Below are positions 22,405 through 35,289 of a DNA stretch of 64,000 nt, in pieces (position 1 is the first letter of the stretch; each line of letters starts with the position of its first letter). The stretch comes from Squalus acanthias (lineage: Eukaryota), in the NCBI GenBank assembly GCA_030390025.1, contig CM059432.1:127226001-127290000 (forward strand). Direction: 5' to 3'. The notes under the pieces were generated by a model. The model did not search any database. It was given only the letters and a program-made list of their open reading frames with translations, and was not told the origin of the DNA. The position numbers and the translations under genes were made by a program.

Positions 22405-23625
22405 CATAACATAAGAAATAGGAGCAGGAGTAGGCCATTTGGCCCTTCTGAAAATCCAAGTACACCACATCCACTGGTTCCCCCTTATCTATTCTGCTAG
22501 TTACAACCTCAAAAAAAAAACTCGCCAGATTTGTCAAACATGATTTCCCTTTCATAAATCCGTGTTGACTCTGCCCAATCCTATTATTTTCTAAGTGTCC
22601 TGTTACCACATCCTTAATAATAGATTCTAGCATTTTCCCTACTACTGATGTCAGGCTAACTGTAGTTCCCTGTTTTCTCTCCCTTTTTTAAATAGTGGGG
22701 TTACATTTGCTACCTTCCAATCCGCGGGAGCCATTCCAAAATCTATGGAATTTTGGAAAATGACAACCAATGCATCCACTATCTCTATAGCCACCTCTTT
22801 CAAAACCCTAGGATGTAGGTCATCAAGTCCAGGGGATTTATCGGCTTTCAGTCCCATTAATTTCTCCAGTATTTTTTTACTAATTTCTTTCAGTTCCTCA
22901 TTCTCACTAGAGCCTTGGTTCTCCACTATTTCCGGGAAGTTTTTTTGCGTCTTCTTCCGTGAAGACAGACACACAGTATTTGTTTAATTTCTCTGTCATT
23001 TCCTTATTCCCCATTATAATTTCTCCTGTCTCAGCCTGTAAGGGTCCCACATTTACTTTTGCTAATCTTTTCCTTTTTACATACCTATAGAAGCTTTTAC
23101 AGTCTATTTTTATGTCTCTCGCTAGTTTACTCACATCCTATTTTCCCTTTCTTTATCAATTTCCTGGTCCTCCTTTGCTGAATTCTATAATCCTCCCAAT
23201 CCTCAGGCTTACTACTCTTTTTGGCAATATTATAAGCCTCTTCCTTTGATCTAATACTATCTTTTACTTCTCTTGTTAGCCACGGTTGGACCACCTTTAC
23301 TGTAGGGTTTTTGTGCCTTAAAGGAATGTATATTTGTTGTAAATTATGTATTAATTCTTTAAATGCTAGCCATTGCTTGTCTACCGTCATACCTTTTAAT
23401 GTAGTTTCCCAATCTACCGTAGCCAACTCGCCCCTCATACCTACGTAGTTTGTTTTGTTTAGATTTAAGACCCTAGTTTCGGATTTAACTAAATCACTTT
23501 CAAACTCAATATAAAATTCTATCATATTATGGTCACTCTACCCTAAAGACCCCTTTACTACAAGGTTATTAATTAACCCTTTCTTGTTGCACAATACTAG
23601 ATCTAAAATAGCCTGTTCCCTAGTC
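22405..23625 (-). mobile_element. CR1 LINE ORF2 fragment with internal deletion
   Basis: Frameshifted ORFs with KSPGLDDLHPRVLKE, DWKVANVTPLFKKG, SQHGFMKGKSCLTNL, VDVVYLDFQK, fused directly to the 3' tail. Confidence 0.92.
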
Positions 23626-24854
23626 AACAGAGAAACACATACAGCTGGGAGATTCTATCTCTCTCTATTCAGTAATCAAGTTTGAAGTGACCAGACACAC
23701 TGCATTAGATATTAAAAATATTTAGATTTAGGATTTGAAATATGACAGTGCTCCTATCCATAACCGCCTCTTTAAAGCTATATAAACTACTCCCCACCCA
23801 CCTGCCTTTTCAATGATCTGTCGCACAGTTTACATGTTTCTCTTGTGTTTCATCATGGGGAGTGGGTGGATGAATGACTAGTTATATCAATTTTACCTAG
23901 CTTTATAGAAAAAAAAGTAAAATAAACCTGCAACATGATTTGTCTGACTTTCTAACGGTGTTTTCCCATTCCAAAGATTACACGGTGAGCTTAGTACATT
24001 CCATTATCATTATAAAATCGGTTAAACGAAACACCTCAAATGTGTAACTTTAGTGTGCATCACATTCTAGTTTCACACTTGCATAATCGTGTGTGTCACA
24101 CTGCATCAAACTAGCGAAGTGCCAGACCTGGAATGTGTCCATTGGCCATAAGTTTCCTAATTGTGTAAAGTAAATACTGACCGAGCAATGCTGATTTAGT
24201 GCAATTTAACTACACAGGTAGTGCAACTACTAAGCAGCAAAAAGTGTGCCAGTGAAATCCAGCAAGTGGAGTAAAACGTTTTTTCAAAATTATTTCGGGG
24301 CCACCTTGACTTCTCACTGAGACAAGGATATCTGTTTATCCCTCTCTCCTATTTAATTCCATGTGGGGGAATCCCTGGAAAAGTTGGGCCTTGTGTGTTG
24401 GGGGGTGGGGGCAGAATTCCTGGTTGAGTGGCGCAATTCCTCAGAAGGTTGGACCACAGGGCAAGTCCGATGCATCTGGAGATTCAGCAGCAATAGTTGC
24501 TTTACCATGGGTCTGCAACCCCATTCCTAACAGGAGATCATCTAGTCCTTTCTTAAATCTGTCACAGCTATCTGCTCCACCATGCCCACTGATATCTATT
24601 CCACAATTCTATCACTCTTTTTAAAAAAAAATATTTCCTATATACTTTCAATGCCTTTGTCTTTAAGCTGTGTCACTTAGTGTTTGAATCCTGTGCCCAG
24701 AAGAAGAACTTTCCTGGATCCAATTTCTCCATATTCATTAAAACCCTTGACTTTGTGACAAAAATGAAACCATTCTGTCTTGTTTTAGTCTGGGAGCTGT
24801 CCTTTTAAATCAGTCACATGCATTGCATTTAAAAAGCATGCGTAAATCAAGACA

Positions 24855-25008
24855 AATGTTGAGGTTTGTCAGTTTGTTGCCAAGGTTACAGGCTTGGGGA
24901 AAAAAAGCAAGTTCTGTATTTCAAATATATTAATGTTGAGGTTTGCCAGTTTGTTGCCAAGGTTACAGGCTTGAGAGCGATAGCAAGCTATGTATTTCAA
25001 ATCTATTC
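24855..25008. repeat. Tandem duplication, ~77-bp unit x2
   Basis: AATGTTGAGGTTTG(T/C)CAGTTTGTTGCCAAGGTTACAGGCTTG...TATTTCAAAT starting at 24855 and 24932. Confidence 0.9.
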
Positions 25009-25164
25009 ACGCTGTGTGATGGCCAGCTATTTTTAATTTGAGTGTTAATTATTCAAACCCTTGACTTTTGAAACAAAATGAAACATAACAGATCAGTCAG
25101 CACTGATGAAGAATCCATACCCAAAGTGCTAATCTTTTTCTCTTTCCGATACAAAATATCTGGG

Positions 25165-25278
25165 ATTGGGTGGGGAAGTGGCAATGAAGTCAAAGATCAG
25201 CCATGATCTTCTTGGACGGTGGAGCAGGTTCGAGAGGCCTTACGGTCTACTCCTGCTCCTTGTTCTTATGTTCTTATG
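25165..25278 (+). mobile_element. CR1 3' tail
   Basis: GATCAGCCATGATC...GGAGCAGGTTCGAGAGGCC...CTCCTGCTCC and (TTCTTATG)n end. Confidence 0.75.
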
Positions 25279-25664
25279 TTGTGTACTTCCAACATTTCCA
25301 GTTTTATTTTAGATTTGCAGCTTTTCAATTTACAGCTTGTGAAGGGGTCAGCTTGGAAGAGCTGGGGTTCCGGCCGTTGGTTGGAATAATGCAAGCTACC
25401 AAAAAAACTTCTATTTCAAAGGCTTACATCTTAATTGAATGAGCAAGGCTGCACCAACATATCTGCCAGACTATACTTTACCACCAGAGGATGCTGTTGG
25501 TTTGTAGAAAAGGTTGGCTATTGCCAGTTACCTGTATCTTTCCTTTTCCTTACATTAACAGTTGCTTTTATCATTAGTTATTAGATTTACTGATCATCCT
25601 TTGTAGTGATAAATGACATATAAAGTCCACTTTCCAAAATCACAGCCCATCTGATACTTCGTGT

Positions 25665-26025
25665 TTAAGGATTTGATGGGGCAGATAGCGAGAAACCATT
25701 TCCTCTGGTGGGGGAGCCCAGAACAAGGGGGCATAACCTTAAAAATAGAGCTAGGCTGTTCAGGGGTGAGATGAGGAAGCATTTCTTCACACAAAGGGTA
25801 GTGGAAATCAGTAACACTCTTTCCCCCCCCAAAAAAAACTCTTGCGGCTGGGCATCAATTGAAAATTTCGGAACTGAGTATGACTGATTTTTGTTAGGCA
25901 AGGGTATTAAGGGAGATGGAATCAAGACGGGTAGATGGAGTTGAGCTACAAATCAGCCATGATCTAATTGAATGACTGAACAGGCTCAAGGGGCTGAATG
26001 ATCTGCTCCTGATCTTATATTCCTA
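25665..26025 (+). mobile_element. CR1 3' fragment
   Basis: GGGCATAACCTTAAAAATAGAGCTAGG...TTCTTCACACAAAGGGTAGTGGAAATC...CAGCCATGATCTAATTGAATG. Confidence 0.8.
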
Positions 26026-26077
26026 GGGTTGGCAACTCTGGTTGGACATATACCTGGAGGTCTGACCACTGGATGTC

Positions 26078-27085
26078 TTTTATTTATTTGTTCCCGGGGT
26101 GTGGGCGTCACTGGCAAGGCCAGCATTTATTGCCCATCCCTAATTGCCCTTGAGCAGGTGGTGGTGAGCTGCCTTCTTGAACCGCTGCAGTCTGTGTGGT
26201 GAAGGTATTCCCAGTGTGACGTTAGGGAGGGAGTTCCAGGATTTTGACCCAGCGACGATGAAAGAACGGCAATTATATTTCCAAGTGAGGATGGTGTGTG
26301 ACTTGGAGGCGATGGTGTTCCCATGCGCTTGCTGCCCTTGTCCTTCTAGGTGGTAGAGGTCGCGGGTTTGGGAGGTGCTGTCGAAGAAGCCTTGGTGAGT
26401 TGCTGCAGTGCATCTTGTAGATGGTACACACTGCAGCCACGGTGCGCTGGTGGTGGAAGGAGTGAATGTTTAAGGTGGTGGATGGGGTGTCAATCAAGCG
26501 GGCTGCTTTGTCCTGGATGGTGTTAAGCTTCTTGAGTGTTGTTGGAGCTGCACTCATCCAGGCAAGTGGAGAGTATTCCATCACACTCCTGACTTGTGCC
26601 TTGTAGATGGTGGAAAGGCTTTGGGGAGTCAGGAAGTGAGACACTCACCACAGAATACCCAGCCTCTGACCTGCTCTTGTAGCCACAGTATTTATGTGGC
26701 TGGTCCAGTTAAGTTTCTGGTCAATGGTGACCCCCCCAGGATGTTGATGTTGGGGGATTTGCTGATGGTAATGCCGTTGAATGTCAAGGGGCAGCGGTTA
26801 CACTCTCGCTTATTGGAGATAGTCATTGCCTGACACTTGTGTGGCGCAAATGTTACTTGCCACTTATCAGCCCAAGCCTGAATGTTGTCCAGATCTTGCT
26901 GCATGCGGGCATGGACTCCTTCATTATCTGAGGAGTTGCGAATGAAACTGAACACGACAATCATCAGCGAACATCCCCACTTCTAAGCTTTTGATGGAGG
27001 GAAGGTCATTGATGAAGCAGCTGAAGATGTTTGGGCCTAGGCCACTGCCCTGAAGAACTCCCGTCGCAAAGTCCTTGGGCTGAGC
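26078..27085 (-). mobile_element. CR1-group LINE RT/3' fragment (same family as 55284-56836)
   Basis: QQDLDNIQAWADKWQVTFAPHKCQ, IYKAQVRSVMEYSPLAW. Confidence 0.9.
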
Positions 27086-27224
27086 ACACGACGCTTGCCC
27101 GCAGTTGGTAAATATTACTGAGTTTACCTTATAAAGGTTGGGTCCCCCGTAATTGAGCCTTGCTTGCAGTTTTGGCTAGTAGCTGCCATGCGAGTAGTTT
27201 TGCAAGTAAAAGATGTTGAAAGGC

Positions 27225-27620
27225 AGAGCTGCAGACCTGTTTACCAGAGCCAGATGCTCTGAGATAAGCTGTACCAGTACAGCTACAACACTGGCATCTA
27301 CCTGACAATGTGGAAAACCGCCCAGAAGCATCTTATCCTCAACGTAGAGAATCAATCTAATGCGGCAGATTAGCCTAATGGACTCCTCCCAATAATAAAT
27401 AGTGATTGAAGGATTCATCAATAGTGCAAGCAAGTAACAACTAATCACCAAAACCCTCAGTTCTGGGCCTCACCACAGCTTTGTTTCAGACATGCACACA
27501 ACAGCTGAATGCTAGCAGAGAAGAGAGTAGCTGCCCTTAAGAATTTCTCAGGGCCATTAGCGATGGGCAATAAATGGGCCTTGCCAGTATTGATCGCATC
27601 CCAGGAGCAAACAACAAAAA
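27225..27620 (+). mobile_element. Decayed fragments of the same LINE family, opposite orientation
   Basis: CAGTACAGCTACAACACTGGCATCTACCTGACAATGTGGAAA and the GATGGGCAATAAATG tail match the antisense of 55284-56836. Confidence 0.6.
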
Positions 27621-28000
27621 CCCAGAATTGTAGGGAGAAGTGGAAATCAATGGCAAGAAATTAGTTAGTCATTTCATAATCTCAGAGGGAAGCCCCAGGC
27701 ACCCCAAATATTCTTACCAGACCTGAAGCAATAATGACACAACTGTTCAGTTTTCAGGATGAGAAAGTAGCTCGTGTGGAGAGTCTGCTGCTCATTCTAA
27801 CAAGTGATGTAATGTTTTCTGTCATGCCATAAATAATTAGCACCACAGTAATGGCTGTAAAAAAAAATTTGATTATCAGCATACCAACCATGTTTACCAA
27901 AGTCTTGCAGAGCCTTAGATACAACGTTTTGTGTCTAGTCATCATTTATGTTTTAAATAAATTAATTAATTAATGGTTCTGCATCTTCTGGAATATTCAT

Positions 28001-28606
28001 GGGGGAAAAATTGGGTTGCTATGCGCCTCCCGTTAGCGCCCCTGGGGGGCAAAGCCCCTAGCCCCTGGGCGCAGCGCCTCCGGTGATGATGTCATCGCCA
28101 TGCGCAGCACCCCGATTGCAAACTTCGGTCACGACCCCTGACCTACCGCTGGATGATATGTCCGACAGGATCAGGGTGGCGTTTTTGCGGTTGCAGCGGC
28201 GCAAATTAAAGGGCAGGTGCTGGGCGGCCATTTTTTTTGGCCGCCTGCTAGCACCTGCCCCTTCCACTTTTTATGCGGGGTGCAGGCCGCGATCGGTCAG
28301 CCCGGCACTCCTTGAGTGCCAGGCTGTTTACTTGGCACCCCTTTCCCTGGTGGTCCAGCAGGGCCCCGGTGCGTACAGCGCTAGGCCCTTCCCCTTTAAT
28401 CAGGGAAGGGAGGCCTGCAATATCATGGCGCTGGTGCACGTAGCACCGCGATATTCAATGGTAGCACCCCAGGAAGGAGGGGGAGCGCTTCCAGTAGCGG
28501 CCCGCCTCCTGCTTGGAGCGCTACCACTGAATTTACGGTGCAGGGGCGCTAACTTTTTCAGGGCGAAGTTAGCGCCCCAAAGGAGGTGCCACCGAATTTT
28601 TCCCCC
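28001..28606. mobile_element. GC-rich MITE (Harbinger-like termini)
   Basis: Terminal inverted repeats (TIRs) GGGGGAAAAATT(G/C)GG at both ends; sharp GC/CpG contrast with flanks; TSD not preserved. Confidence 0.75.
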
Positions 28607-29194
28607 GGAGTGTCAAACACCCACCGTGTAGTATTGCCCAATGTTGCCATTGATGATGCTTCCAAGAGTCTCCTAAAAGGATACTGAAGCTGATGACGAT
28701 ATGATTGACCTGGAGGAATCGCAGGACTAAATCTGCATTCTAACAGTTTGTGTCATAGCACACTAGTACAGCAATGCGTTATCGCACCCCCACCTCCTGC
28801 TCTCCTACCCTTAATCCTGTCTGGTTCTACACTTGGCTTAAAGTGACAATCCTAGCTATGCCATTACTTTGTCACACTTTCCTCTGATTTTCTTAAATGG
28901 GTTTGCTCAATTTGGTCTTTGGGATCTCACTGGATTCACTCGCGGCCCCATGTAGTTGCATGGTCCTAACGCAGCCTTTGGTGTATGAGCCTGGTGGGGG
29001 TATGCGTCGGAGTAGCAGGGAAGGACACTGGCGCGAAGCTTTACTTCTCTCCCGAGTTGCTAGTAGCAGTGCCCGGATGATTCATCTTTCATTCCGGGAG
29101 ACTCCCCGACCAGCGGGAAGGGTTGCCAACCCTATCTGATGCAAAACCAGAACATGCTGGAAATACACAGCAGGTCAGTTAAGAGAAAGCAACA

Positions 29195-29850
29195 ACTTCA
29201 ACAACAACCTATGTTTATTCAGCGCCTTTAATGTAGAGAAATATCTCGAGGTGCTTCACAGAAGCGTAATTCGACAAAAATGGATGCCAAGGCAAAAATG
29301 GACGCCAAGGCAAAGAAGGAAATATTAGGAGGGGTGACTAAAAATGTGGTCACACAGGTGGGTTTTAAGAAGGGTCTTGAAGGAGGCGATGGAGGTGGAG
29401 AGCCAGAAAGGTCTAGGGAAGGAATTCCAGAGCTATGGGGCCTGGGTGGCTGAAGGCACGGCCGCCAATGGTGGGGCGAAGGGACTGGGAGGTGCACAAG
29501 ACACCAGAGTCAGAGGAATGCAGAGTTCTCGGAGGGTTGTAAGGCTGGAAATTATTAGAGATGGTGAGTGGTGAGGCGCTGAAGGAATTTGCATGAATTT
29601 AAAATTTGGGGTGTTGGAAGACCGAGAGCCAATATAGGTCAGCGAGCGTCTTACTTTGGTACATTCCAGCCTATGCCCAGTATTTCTCCAACTCTCGGCT
29701 CTCATGCCCCTACCCCCGTGCAATTCCCCACTTGGTGGCAGAGCTTTCAGCCATCTTGATTCCACCCTCAGGATCTCCCTCCTAAACCTCTTTGTCTTCC
29801 CTCCCATCTTTAAAAACCTCCCTTTTAGACTCTGCCTTTGGCTAACTCAA
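29195..29850 (-). mobile_element. L2 LINE 3' end (minus, to ~29650) abutting an inverted L2 piece (~29655-29850)
   Basis: L2-type tail (AACAAC..TTTATTCAGCGCCTTTAATG) with homology to 59962-60550; plus-strand GGCAGAGCTTTCAGCC segment. Confidence 0.75.
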
Positions 29851-30009
29851 ATCATCGAACACTTGAACACTTTTTTTGTTAAAGGCTCTTTAAAAATGCA
29901 TGTTGTTTATACAGAACTACAGAATCAAATGATACTCCTTTATATAATGGATGACTCCTTTATAAAATGGATATCAAAGCTAGGACATGGACATGAATTG
30001 TAACTGACT

Positions 30010-30940
30010 AAAGGGAAAGAAGCAGAGGATAGCTGCTAAGGGAGTTGGGTTGAAATTGGAGAGGCATTGCTTGGGGTGCCACAGAGTTGTGTAGGGACCC
30101 TTGCTTTTACTACTATACATATGAGAAAGATTCACTATCTCCAAGGTTATTATTTACAGAAGACAGCAAGCTAAAGGGGGCTGGGGTGTCTGTGGATTTG
30201 AAGGAGGCAATGAAGATCTTACAAAAGGACCTTCACGGGGCTTGCACTTGTGCCAAACAGTGATAAATAAATTTCAACATAGAGTGATACAAGGTGCTGC
30301 ATGTTAAAGATAAATATGGGTGTATGAACTCCAGGAATGGGTAGAAATTACCAAGGGGCAAGTTGGGAGACCGAGAGGTGTTAGTTCACTCATCATGTCT
30401 AAATGGTGTGAGCTGGCAATAAACGAAACCAACATGATGCTGGGGTTTGCTGGCTAATCAGTTAGTTCAGATCCCAAGAAGCAATGCTGACGCTGTACAA
30501 TACGCTGGTTAGGCAGCACCTCGAATACAGCAAATAGTTCTGGTTACTTTGACAGATGTGGATCCTCCAGATGGTAGAAGCAGTGGAGAGAAGAGCTGCA
30601 AGGCTGATCCCTGGTGTTTGATGGGCAACACAGCCTCAAAAAAGGGGACCTTATAGATCTCGCTAAGATACTTAAAGGGACAAAGGTAAACCTGGGACAA
30701 TACTTTCAAATATATTGGGTCAACAGTACATAATGGCAAAAGTTCAAGGTTATGAAGAGCCAATTTAAAGCAGACATCAGGCAATACTGTTTTGCAGAGG
30801 ATCAACAGCTGGAGTGGTGGCTGTGGTCAGGTCACTGGCCTCGTACACAAAACAATTGGATGTTGTAATGTGGAGATTGTAACTTTGGTATTTTGGAAGG
30901 ATGAAATGAAATTGGCCAATGGTAATGGTTTTTGAGGTCA
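30010..30940 (+). mobile_element. Old CR1 RT/C-terminal remnant
   Basis: GGGGTGCCACAGAG..GGGACCCTTGCTTTT (PQGS-like region); CTGTACAATACGCTGGTTAGGCAGCACCTCGAATAC (LYNTLVRQHLEY). Confidence 0.7.
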
Positions 30941-32213
30941 ATGTAAAAGTGCCATTAAACAGGAAATGGACAATTCTAACTTTGTTGCTCGTCCCTACAG
31001 CTGGTGAGTATTTTACCAAGGGACAAAGGTTTCCTGTTTGTCATAAAACAGTAAGAGGATTAATGCTGCCACCTGGATAACTAATCAAGTGGATCATATT
31101 ATGCTGAGCCAACTTCCCATGATAATTCAAATCAACCATTTCCAATGGAATTGAGTATAATTTGCAAACTGAGATATTCAAATTGGCCAGCCTGACTGTC
31201 AAATAGTGCATTGTTCTTTGTCCTTCCTCTGTCTAGGTTTTAACACAATTGGAATCGGAAACCATGAGGTTTGCAACTTTCAGGATACATTCATACTTCA
31301 TTGATGGAACTTGGAGTAAATCGCTGCTGAATTTGTTGTAGGTTTAGAGGCTCAGTTAACATTTGCACCTCCAGAACCCAATCTGAGGTCGTGAGGATTA
31401 GTTTGATGGTGATGATGTGATTTCATTATGCTCCTGTACCAAACCAATCTGTTCAACATGTTTTTTTTAGATTTAAAATTATTACATTATCCCCAGAAGG
31501 GAGAAACAACTTGGATTCTTTTCAGCAATTACATTTTTGGTCTTTCGGATGTGAACTGTGGCAGCATTTGTTTGCAGTCTGACATCTAGTTCGGGGCTGA
31601 AACTAGCAGGTGCTCAGGATAGAAAGTCTAGCCATCAGATTGATTCTAACTGCCATTGGATCTACCCGGTTTATACACCACCTTCAGCATTGCTGTGAAA
31701 TGGTTACTGCTTTACAACAATGCTAAAGATGGTGCATGAATGCACCCAAGAAAAGAGTAAGAAGTACTTGGAGGTACGGACCAGTAATGGCTTGTTACAG
31801 GATTAAAGACGAGCAGTGGGCGAGCACTCTGCCCTTTTCACCTTTGCGAATTAGGTTTAAGTTCTTTGGTTGTGATGGTTCTAATTGAGATAAGTTTGAG
31901 CAGTCTCCTGTTCTTGGTATGCATGAGCCCGTGACATAATACTTCAGCACCAATTGGCACTAATTTAGCATTCTGAGTCAGAGGGCCCACAAGGATGGTT
32001 AATGCAATAAATGAAAATATTGCAGCTTTTTGGGGGTTCAAGCACATTTTTGCAAATACATGATACTGATAAGTGCAAAAGGTGGAACGATATACCTTTC
32101 ACTGTTCCTGACCCCCCCTTATCTTAAGTAAAAATGTCCTGTAAATGTTGAGAGCAGGACACAAATTGTTCACTTTATTAAAGTGAGAAGTCGTCCAACA
32201 GCTTTATTTGAAA

Positions 32214-32250
32214 TCACAAGCTTTCGGAGCGCTGCTCCTTCGTCAGGTGA
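32214..32250 (-). ncRNA. Minimal type-I hammerhead motif (family A)
   Basis: Identical to 683-719; intact CUGACGA / GAAA core. Confidence 0.8.
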
Positions 32251-32852
32251 AGTGAAGAAATACATATGGGCACAGCATATATAGTCAGAGAACACTGCCA
32301 GACGACTACAGTTAATCTTTCTAACTGCCCTTTATCACACCTCGGCAGAGAGACAATCACGGCAATCAAAGGTGTGGATGGTGTCCAACCAGGTCAGTCA
32401 GGAAAACATTACATCAAAGACGATAGCAAAATACAACAAAGACAATGAGGTGGGGTCACAAAGGGGTCAAATGTGGCAGATGCTGCAGTCTGTATGGAAA
32501 ACAAAAATATGTTTTTACTTTTTTTGCTGGAAATCACAGCAGGCCGCATCTGTGTAGATGCAGCCGGACCTGCTGTGATTTCCAGCAAAAAATTTTTTTT
32601 GTTTTCCATACAAACTCCAGCATCTGCCACATTTGACCCCTTTGTGACCCCACCTCATTGTCTTTGTTGTATTTTGCTATTGTCTTTGATGTAATGTTTT
32701 CCTGACTGACCTGTTTGGACACCATCCACACCTTTGATTGCCGTGATTGTCTCTCTGCCGAGGTGTGATAAAGGGCAGTTAGAAAGATTAACTGTAGTCG
32801 TCTGGCAGTGTTCTCTGACTATATATGCTGTGCCCATATGTATTTCTTCACT

Positions 32853-32889
32853 TCACCTGACGAAGGAGCAGCGCTCCGAAAGCTTGTGA
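32853..32889 (+). ncRNA. Minimal type-I hammerhead motif (family A)
   Basis: TCACCTGACGAAGGAGCAGCGCTCCGAAAGCTTGTGA; intact core. Confidence 0.82.
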
Positions 32890-33607
32890 TTTCAAATAAA
32901 GCTGTTGGACTATAACCTGGTGTTGTGCGACTTCTCACTTTTGTCCACCGCAGTCCAACACCGGCATCTCCGCATCATCACTTTATTAATGCAGAGCTAT
33001 TACTTGCTTACTGCGATTTACAGTGGGATGTGGGATCCATTATGGTGAATCTACTTCTTTTACTCAAGTCTTCCTTGTGGAGCCTGCGATGCCTACCCTT
33101 GGTTAGCTGCAGTTCTTCCAATAGGTTGTCAGCCCAGTATATAGACACTTGCTTAGTTTTGTGTTCCTTGTACTATACCTTGGAAAGCTGTCTTGGATAG
33201 GCGAGGCGCTGGCATTCCTGAAATATTTCTCAGTTGTTGCTTTTGTGTAAACTGGGATGGAGCACAATATCTTCTTCCAGTCCAAACTCTGCTTTTACTG
33301 TTTAATTCCTGGCCATTTCCTACTAATGAATACGGATAATTTCACAAAGTAAGTAAAATTCTCAAAGCTTTGAAGCTTCTTTTCAAAAGGGTACTAACTC
33401 AGTCATACATAATGATGGGCACTATCAGTTTGGTAGGAGGCCTTAAAATCCTGGCCAGTGTATTTCCTCTTCAAATGATTCAGAACTATTGCAGATATTC
33501 TTGCATAAGTAGCTTATATTTTTATATATATCTTAAAAGAAATGATCTAATAAAATACAATTTTTTTTAACATTTTACCACAAAAAACTTGCACTAGATT
33601 TCTGTTT

Positions 33608-34097
33608 TAGAAACATAGAAGATAGGAGCAGGAGTAGGCCATTCGGCCCCTCGAGCCTGCTCCGCCATTCGATGAGATCATGGCTGATCATCCAAACTCA
33701 GTACCCTGTACCTGCCTTCTCCCCATATCCCTTGATACCTTTAGCTTTAAGAAATATATCTAACTCATTCTTGAATATATTTAATGACTTGGCCCCAACT
33801 ACCTTCTGTGGTAGAGAATTCCACAGGTTCACCACTCTCTGGGTGAAGAAATTCTTCCTCATTTCTGTCCTAAATGGCTTACCCCTTATCCTTAGATTAT
33901 GACCCCTGGTTCTGGACTCTCCGACCATCGGGAACATTCTTCCTGCATCTAGTTTATCCAGACCTGTCAGAATTTTATATGTTTCGATGAGATCCCCTCT
34001 CATTCTTCTATACTCCAGCGAGTATAAGCCCAATCGACCCAATCTCTTCTCATATGTCATTCCTGCCATCCCAGCTATCAGCCTTGTGAATCTTCGA
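33608..34097 (-). mobile_element. CR1 LINE 3' end
   Basis: RRFTRLIAGM..LGLYSLEYRRMRGDLIETYKIL..RKNFFTQRVVNLWNSLP plus tail. Confidence 0.93.
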
Positions 34098-34649
34098 CTA
34101 AATGAGGCAAATGAGGAGTGAATGAACTGATTGGCCAAATAAGATTTGGTGAAGTCCTCGGGAGTCGGGTTCCCTAACCTATGGGATTGTGAGGCAATTC
34201 ACGAGAGATATGGATGATGAAGGCTATCTGGAGCACAAAAGCTTTCCTATCCAGAAAGCCCTTACCGTTGCCTCATTATGGTCATACAAGTGTTTCTTAA
34301 ATGATTTTGAGGTGCAACTCCATAGACTTAATAGAAGTCCATTCCATGTGTTGACCCCACTTTATTTGATCTTCCTGACATCAGTGCTAAATTTGCCTCT
34401 TACTAGTTAGAAGCCCTTTGCTTTTCCTATTGCTATTGTTGAATTTGAAGTAATATTCCAGATTTAACTATTCAATACTGTTCGCTATCTTATACACCTC
34501 TTATCCACCATGTTAGTGATCTCCTCAAAAAATTCAACTAGATTCGTCAGACTCATTCGTATTATGGGATTTCCAATGGGGCTGAAAAAATTATACCTTT
34601 GAAAATCTGAGTTCTGCCCCAAGCTCTGGCTCCAGGAATTTCAAGGCAA

Positions 34650-35289
34650 CGGAACACCTCCGTTCAGTCTGTAAGGGTGACCCCGAGCTTCCGGTCGCCT
34701 GTCACTTTAATTCTCCGCTCCACTCCCACTCAGACCTCACCATCCTCGGCCTCTTGCACTGTTCCAATGAAGCTCAACGTAAGCTCGAGGAACAGCACCT
34801 CATCTTTCGATTAGGCACTTTAGAGCCTTCTGGACTCAACATAGAGTTCAACAATTTCAGACCATAACCTCTGCCCCTATCTCTTTTTTCCATTTTTTTT
34901 TTTTCTTCTCTCTCTCACATGGCAGCTGTCTTTCATTTTGCCAGTGCCATTTACACTTCATCCAGAGCCATCTTTTGTTTCTTAACTTGTCCCATTACCA
35001 TCTCCTTTTGCCTTGCACCATCATCCCTTTTGTTTCTTAATCTCTTCTGCCTTCCATCCTATCACAGACCTTCCCTTTTGTTCTTTCCTCCCCTCCCCCC
35101 TTTCCCTGCCCCGGCACTTGCTTAAAAACCTGTTCCATCTCCAGCTTTTTCCAGTTCTGACAAAGGGTCATCGACCTGAAACATTAACTCTGTTTCTCTC
35201 TCCACAGATGCTGCCTGACCTGCTGAGTATTTCCAGCATTTTCTGTTTTTATTTCAGATTTCCAGCATCCGCAGTATTTTCCTTTTGCA
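34650..35289 (+). mobile_element. PLE 3' fragment (GIY-YIG C-terminus + pLTR with degenerate HHR at 35153-35189)
   Basis: EHLRSV..GDPELPVACHFNS..GLNIEFNNFRP*; highly similar to the antisense of 36617-37218. Confidence 0.9.

Larger units (their letters stand above)
32182..32977. mobile_element. Fold-back PLE derivative (family A), second copy
   Basis: Arms ~32181-32550 and ~32555-32940 are near-perfect inverted repeats. Same tail as the 634-1474 copy; TSD TCACTTTATTAA (32170-32181 / 32978-32989). Confidence 0.88.

Noticed and set aside
28083..28631. 182-aa ORF
   Set aside because: Lies within a GC-rich TIR-bounded MITE; stop-poor by composition, no recognisable domain.
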